Made by a program: the position numbers and the translations under genes
Notes under the pieces: model-generated
The model's input: only the letters and a program-made list of their open reading frames with translations
Database searches by the model: none
What the model was told of the DNA's origin: nothing
Shown: in pieces, positions 49,652 through 53,833 of the stretch
How positions within the stretch are numbered: position 1 is the first letter of the stretch
Layout: every line of letters starts with the position of its first letter
DNA from: a virus
Taxonomy: Duplodnaviria; Heunggongvirae; Uroviricota; Caudoviricetes
Reading direction: 5' to 3' (one strand)
IMG/VR virus record: IMGVR_UViG_2740892427_000003
DNA length: 53,833 nucleotides

Positions 49652-49836
49652 CTTCTGCATTTGCACTGATGATGACGGTTTTTCTTATAACAGGTGAGCC
49701 ACAGAATGTGATTACCGGAATTTATGCCAGTAAAGAATCCTGCCATCAGGCAAGAGACGAGCAAAAAATTTCCGGTGAATGTCTCCCGTTAAACAAAGTA
49801 TCGCTGTACCTGAATAACGAAACACCGGCTGGATAA
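49648..49836 (+). CDS. ydfD: YdfD-like small protein
   Basis: MTSAFALMMTVFLITGEPQNVITG...ISGECLPLNKV matches Qin YdfD as recalled; 4-bp overlap with dicB. Confidence 0.65.
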   Translation: MTSAFALMMTVFLITGEPQNVITGIYASKESCHQARDEQKISGECLPLNKVSLYLNNETPAG

Positions 49837-49931
49837 CCCGCCAGCCATATTAACGCCATACCAACGGATTAAAAATGCCAGCAATGGCAGGGATTCGTTC
49901 ACCCTGAAATCTGTAATGAGGTTAAAACACA

Positions 49932-52403
49932 ATGAATAAAATCTTTATTTGCGCTGCTATTCCTGACGAACAGGCCATAGAAGAAGATAGCGCTGTTGCG
50001 GTGGCCACTGCCATTGAAGCCGGTGATGAGCGTCGCGCACGCGCAAAATTTCACTGGCAATTTCTGGAGCAATTCCCGGCAGCTCAGGACTGCGCTTATA
50101 AATTTATTGCCTGCGAGGATAAACCCGGCATACCCCGCCCTGCCCTCGATTCCTGGGATACCGAATATATGCAGGAAAACCGCTGGGATGAGGAGTCTGC
50201 GTCCTTTGTCCCGGTCGAACCCGAATCCGATCCGATGAACATCACTTTTGACAATCTGGCCCCTGAAGTACAGAACGCCGTCATGGTTAAGTTCGACGCA
50301 TGTGAAAACATCACTGTTGATATGGTGATTAGCGCTCAGGAATTGTTGCAGGAAGACATGGCAACATTCGACGGCCATATCGTTGAAGCGTTGATGAAGA
50401 TGCCAGAAGTTAACGCCATGTATCCGGAGCTTAAGCTGCATGCCATCGGGTGGGTTAAGCATAAATGTAAACCTGCTGCTAAATGGCCCGAAATTCAGGC
50501 AGAGATGCGCATCTGGAAAAAACGTCGCGAAAGTGAACGCAAGGAAACCGGGAAATACATATCTGTCGTTGATATCGCCCGTTCCAGAGTAAACCAACAG
50601 AACACTGAAAACGCTGCTGAAAAAACCGGGGCTGTCACTGTTGCCGTTCGCCGCGAATACAAACAGACATGGAAAACACTCGACAATGAACTGGCCTGCG
50701 CCCTCTGGCCCGGTGATGTGGATGCAGGAAACATTGACGGTACCATCCATCGCTGGGCGACAAATGAGGTTATCGACAAGGATCGCGAAGACTGGAAGCG
50801 TATCTCAGCATCAATGCGCAAACAGCCCGAAGCACTTGCCTATGACCGTCAGACTATTTTTGGCCTTGTTCGCGAACGTCCGATCGATATTCACAAAGAT
50901 CCCGTTGCACTGAACAAATACATCAGCGAATACCTGACGACAAAGGGCGTGTTTGAACATGAAGAAACAGACCAGAGCTCTGCTGATGCTATCCTGTCGT
51001 CAGCAGCACAAACTGATCCAGTGGAGACGGCGGAATCCAATTCTCAAAAAAATGAAATCCTGGTGGAAGCTGAACCATCTGTAGAGCGTGAAGGACCGTT
51101 TTATTTCGTCTTTACCGATAAGGACAGGGAAAAATACGGCAGGGCAAACAAACTTTCTGGCCTGGACAAGGCGCTGGCTGCCGGTGGTACCGAAATCTCA
51201 AAAGAAGAATATTTTGCCCGAAAAAATGGCACATATACGGGCTTACAGCAAAATACAGATACCGCAGAAGATTCAGAACAACCAGAGCCGGTAAAAGTTA
51301 CCGCTGACGAAGTAAACAAAATTATGCAGGCAGCCAATATCAGCCAGCCTGACACCGATAAATTGCTTGCTGCATCACGTGGTGAATTTGTTGAAGGGAT
51401 TAGCGACCCGAATGATCCGAAATGGGTTAAGGGGATTGAAACCCGCGATTTTGAGAACCAGAACCAGCCCGAATCGGAACAAAACGACCAGAAAGCGGAA
51501 CAAAACAGCCCAAATGCGTTACAAAACGAGCCAGAAACGAAACAGCCTGAACCAGAAGAGCAACAAGAACCGGAAAAAGTCTGCACCGCCTGCGGTCAGA
51601 TCGGAGGCGGCAACTGTCCTGACTGTGGCGCGGTGATGGGCGACGCAACATACCAGGAAACATTCGATGAAAAAAATCGGGCTGAAGTTCAGGAAGATGA
51701 TCCGGAGGAAATGGAAGGCGCTGAACATCCGAACAATGAGAATGCTGGTAACGATCAGCATCACACCAGCGATAGTGAAACTGGAGAGGCGGCAGATCCC
51801 TTAATTGCGGTGAACGGTCATCACGTTATCACATCCACCAGCAGAGTGTGGATTCACCTGTCGGTCGACCTTGAAACGATGGGAACAAATCCTGATGCGC
51901 CAATCAACTCTATTGGCGGTACATTTTTTGATCCGGCAACCGGAGAGATGGGACCTGAATTCAGTAAAGCTATCGATCTGGAAACCTCCGGCGGAATCAT
52001 CGACCGTAAAACAATAAAGTGGTGGGCGAAACGATCACGCGAAGCACAATCCGCTATTTTTACCGATGAAATCTCGTTAGATGTTGCTCTCCGGCTATTC
52101 ATAGAATTTATCGAAAAAAACTCCGGCGGGTGTTTTGTCCAGGTATGGGGAAATGGAGCCAACTTCGACAACGTAATTTTACGCCGTTCATATGAACGGC
52201 AGGGGATCCCCTGCCCGTGGCTTTACTACAACGATCGCGATGTACGCACAATCGTTGAACTGGGTAATGCCATTGGCTTTGATGTCAGAATGGCTATTCC
52301 ATTCGAAGGCGTACCCCACAATGCGCTGGACGATGCCCGTCACCAGGCAAAACAAGTTTCAGCAATCTGGCAAAAACTGATCCCGAGTCAGGCTGATTTT
52401 TAA
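49932..52403 (+). CDS. large early-region exonuclease with C-terminal DEDDh (DnaQ-like) 3'-5' exonuclease domain and a CxxC zinc ribbon
   Basis: 823 aa; motifs DLETMG, NGANFDNVIL and HNALDDARH in the C-terminus; CTACGQ...CPDCG; central segment DTDKLLAASRGEFVEGISDPNDPKWVKGI resembles RecE-like prophage exonucleases as recalled. Confidence 0.6.
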   Translation: MNKIFICAAIPDEQAIEEDSAVAVATAIEAGDERRARAKFHWQFLEQFPAAQDCAYKFIACEDKPGIPRPALDSWDTEYMQENRWDEESASFVPVEPESDPMNITFDNLAPEVQNAVMVKFDACENITVDMVISAQELLQEDMATFDGHIVEALMKMPEVNAMYPELKLHAIGWVKHKCKPAAKWPEIQAEMRIWKKRRESERKETGKYISVVDIARSRVNQQNTENAAEKTGAVTVAVRREYKQTWKTLDNELACALWPGDVDAGNIDGTIHRWATNEVIDKDREDWKRISASMRKQPEALAYDRQTIFGLVRERPIDIHKDPVALNKYISEYLTTKGVFEHEETDQSSADAILSSAAQTDPVETAESNSQKNEILVEAEPSVEREGPFYFVFTDKDREKYGRANKLSGLDKALAAGGTEISKEEYFARKNGTYTGLQQNTDTAEDSEQPEPVKVTADEVNKIMQAANISQPDTDKLLAASRGEFVEGISDPNDPKWVKGIETRDFENQNQPESEQNDQKAEQNSPNALQNEPETKQPEPEEQQEPEKVCTACGQIGGGNCPDCGAVMGDATYQETFDEKNRAEVQEDDPEEMEGAEHPNNENAGNDQHHTSDSETGEAADPLIAVNGHHVITSTSRVWIHLSVDLETMGTNPDAPINSIGGTFFDPATGEMGPEFSKAIDLETSGGIIDRKTIKWWAKRSREAQSAIFTDEISLDVALRLFIEFIEKNSGGCFVQVWGNGANFDNVILRRSYERQGIPCPWLYYNDRDVRTIVELGNAIGFDVRMAIPFEGVPHNALDDARHQAKQVSAIWQKLIPSQADF

Positions 52404-52467
52404 TGTTCAACCCCGGTCGTCGTCCGCAAGCTATAGTGGCGGCGGCCATGATTAGCGAACAACGCTC

Positions 52468-52716
52468 ATGGCAAGACTTATTCTGCTCACTGAGTGGGCA
52501 AAAGAGGAATTCAGTGAACCGGTCCCTACTCCGGGCACGTTAAGTAAATACGCTAAAGCCGGAATGATATTTCCTCTCCCCAAAAAAGTTGGAAGACACT
52601 GGCGAGTGGATCCTCGAGCTCGCTTTGTCGGAATGGTAAACAAGCCGGAAGTGATCGCCACAGATCACCCTGCTTTGAAGAGGATACTGGAAGATGGCGC
52701 GCCCACGAAAATATAA
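52468..52716 (+). CDS. xis: excisionase
   Basis: 82 aa; LTEWAKEEF...IFPLPKKVGRHWRV fits an excisionase/AlpA-like HTH; overlaps the int start. Confidence 0.6.
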   Translation: MARLILLTEWAKEEFSEPVPTPGTLSKYAKAGMIFPLPKKVGRHWRVDPRARFVGMVNKPEVIATDHPALKRILEDGAPTKI

Positions 52717-53833
52717 AACTGAAGTTCCGGGATTATCTCCGTATTTTGACAAAAGAAATAACAAAGTTTACTGGCGTTACAGGCATCCCATAACAGGAAA
52801 AAATCACGGGCTCGGCAGTATTGACCAGAAACAGGCAGAAGCTATTGCAGCAGAAGCGAACAGCCGTCTTGCCAGGCAACAAATGGAACAAATGGAACAA
52901 ATGCTCACTCTGCAGGAGAAAATTATTCGTGATACCGGTGGTTCATCAACCGTTTCTGTTTTTCTGAATAGTTACCGAAAAATTCAACAGGAAAGATATG
53001 AAAACGGAGAGATCAAACTCAACACACTGAAACAGAAAGCATCCCCTCTCAGGGTATTTGATGAACGTTTTGGTACCAGACCTTTAGATGCCATAACCGT
53101 AAAAGATGTGGTATCGGTGCTGGAAGATTACAAGGCAAAAGGACATAACAGAATGGGACAAATTTTCAGGAAAGTACTGATTGATGTTTTCCGGGAGGCC
53201 CAGCAAACGGGCGATGTCCCGCCTGGCTTTAACCCTGCAGAATCGGCAAAAAAACCACAGGTACGGATATCACGGCAACGACTGACCTTTGATGAGTGGA
53301 TGATGATTTATAATGCAGCGGAAAAGGATGGTTACTTTTTACAGCGTGGTATGCTGCTGGCACTGATGACAGGCCAGCGCCTTTCAGATATTTGCAAAAT
53401 GAAATTTTCGGATATCAGGGATGGTTATCTTCATGTCGAACAGCAAAAAACAGGAACCCGGATTGCCATCCCTCTGGCTCTGCGTTGCGATAAATTAAAT
53501 CTCACCCTGGATGATGTGGTGTCATCCTGTCGCGATTGCGTTCTTAGTCCGTGGCTATTGCACCACCATCATGCTAAAGGGACAGCTAAGCGCGGCGGGA
53601 TGGTTAAGCCAGCAACGTTAACCGTTGCATTTAAAAAAGCCCGGGATTCTGTGGATTACAACTGGCGTGCTAATGGCACCCCACCCTCTTTCCATGAGCA
53701 GAGATCTTTATCAGAACGATTGTTCAGAGAACAGGGAATTGATACCAAAATTTTGCTGGGCCATTCGAATCAAAAAATGACCGATATTTACAACGACGCA
53801 CGCGGTAAGGAATGGAAAAAACTGGTCATTTGA
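52694..53833 (+). CDS. int: tyrosine integrase (lambda Int family)
   Basis: 379 aa; catalytic-region pattern (RLSDI..., HEQRSL..., LLGHSNQKMTDIY); stop TGA at the window end. Confidence 0.9.
   Translation: MARPRKYKTEVPGLSPYFDKRNNKVYWRYRHPITGKNHGLGSIDQKQAEAIAAEANSRLARQQMEQMEQMLTLQEKIIRDTGGSSTVSVFLNSYRKIQQERYENGEIKLNTLKQKASPLRVFDERFGTRPLDAITVKDVVSVLEDYKAKGHNRMGQIFRKVLIDVFREAQQTGDVPPGFNPAESAKKPQVRISRQRLTFDEWMMIYNAAEKDGYFLQRGMLLALMTGQRLSDICKMKFSDIRDGYLHVEQQKTGTRIAIPLALRCDKLNLTLDDVVSSCRDCVLSPWLLHHHHAKGTAKRGGMVKPATLTVAFKKARDSVDYNWRANGTPPSFHEQRSLSERLFREQGIDTKILLGHSNQKMTDIYNDARGKEWKKLVI

Noticed and set aside
1-53833. Prophage attachment sites (attL/attR) or host flanking genes
   Set aside because: The phage module extends to both window edges (regulator stop at position 1, int stop at 53833), so no junction is visible.

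Overview
The window is almost entirely one lambdoid prophage of Escherichia/Shigella type, with Stx-phage-like architecture but no Shiga toxin genes. Late genes run on the minus strand and the lysogeny/early-left genes on the plus strand. Left to right: a LuxR-type regulator and a YadA/Eib-like adhesin, then the tail module (tfa, stf, J, I, K, L, M, H, G/T, V, U-like, Z-like) interrupted by a porin gene and a terminator-capped repeat array, then HK97-type head genes (connector, a 677-aa tandem-repeat protein, portal, protease-capsid fusion, TerL, TerS, HNH, cos region). Next come a TonB C-terminal-domain lipoprotein, a lysis cassette (Rz/Rz1, SAR endolysin, pinholin) with extra genes inserted, NanS-p esterase, two orphan DNA methyltransferases flanking three tRNAs, and a MazF-fold protein. 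The nin region (rusA, DUF968, hok/gef, YgiW-like) is followed by replication genes, cro-like/repressor switch, DicF-like/dicB/ydfD, a large exonuclease, xis and int. Both prophage ends lie outside the window. All calls are from reading the sequence and ORF translations; no database search was run.
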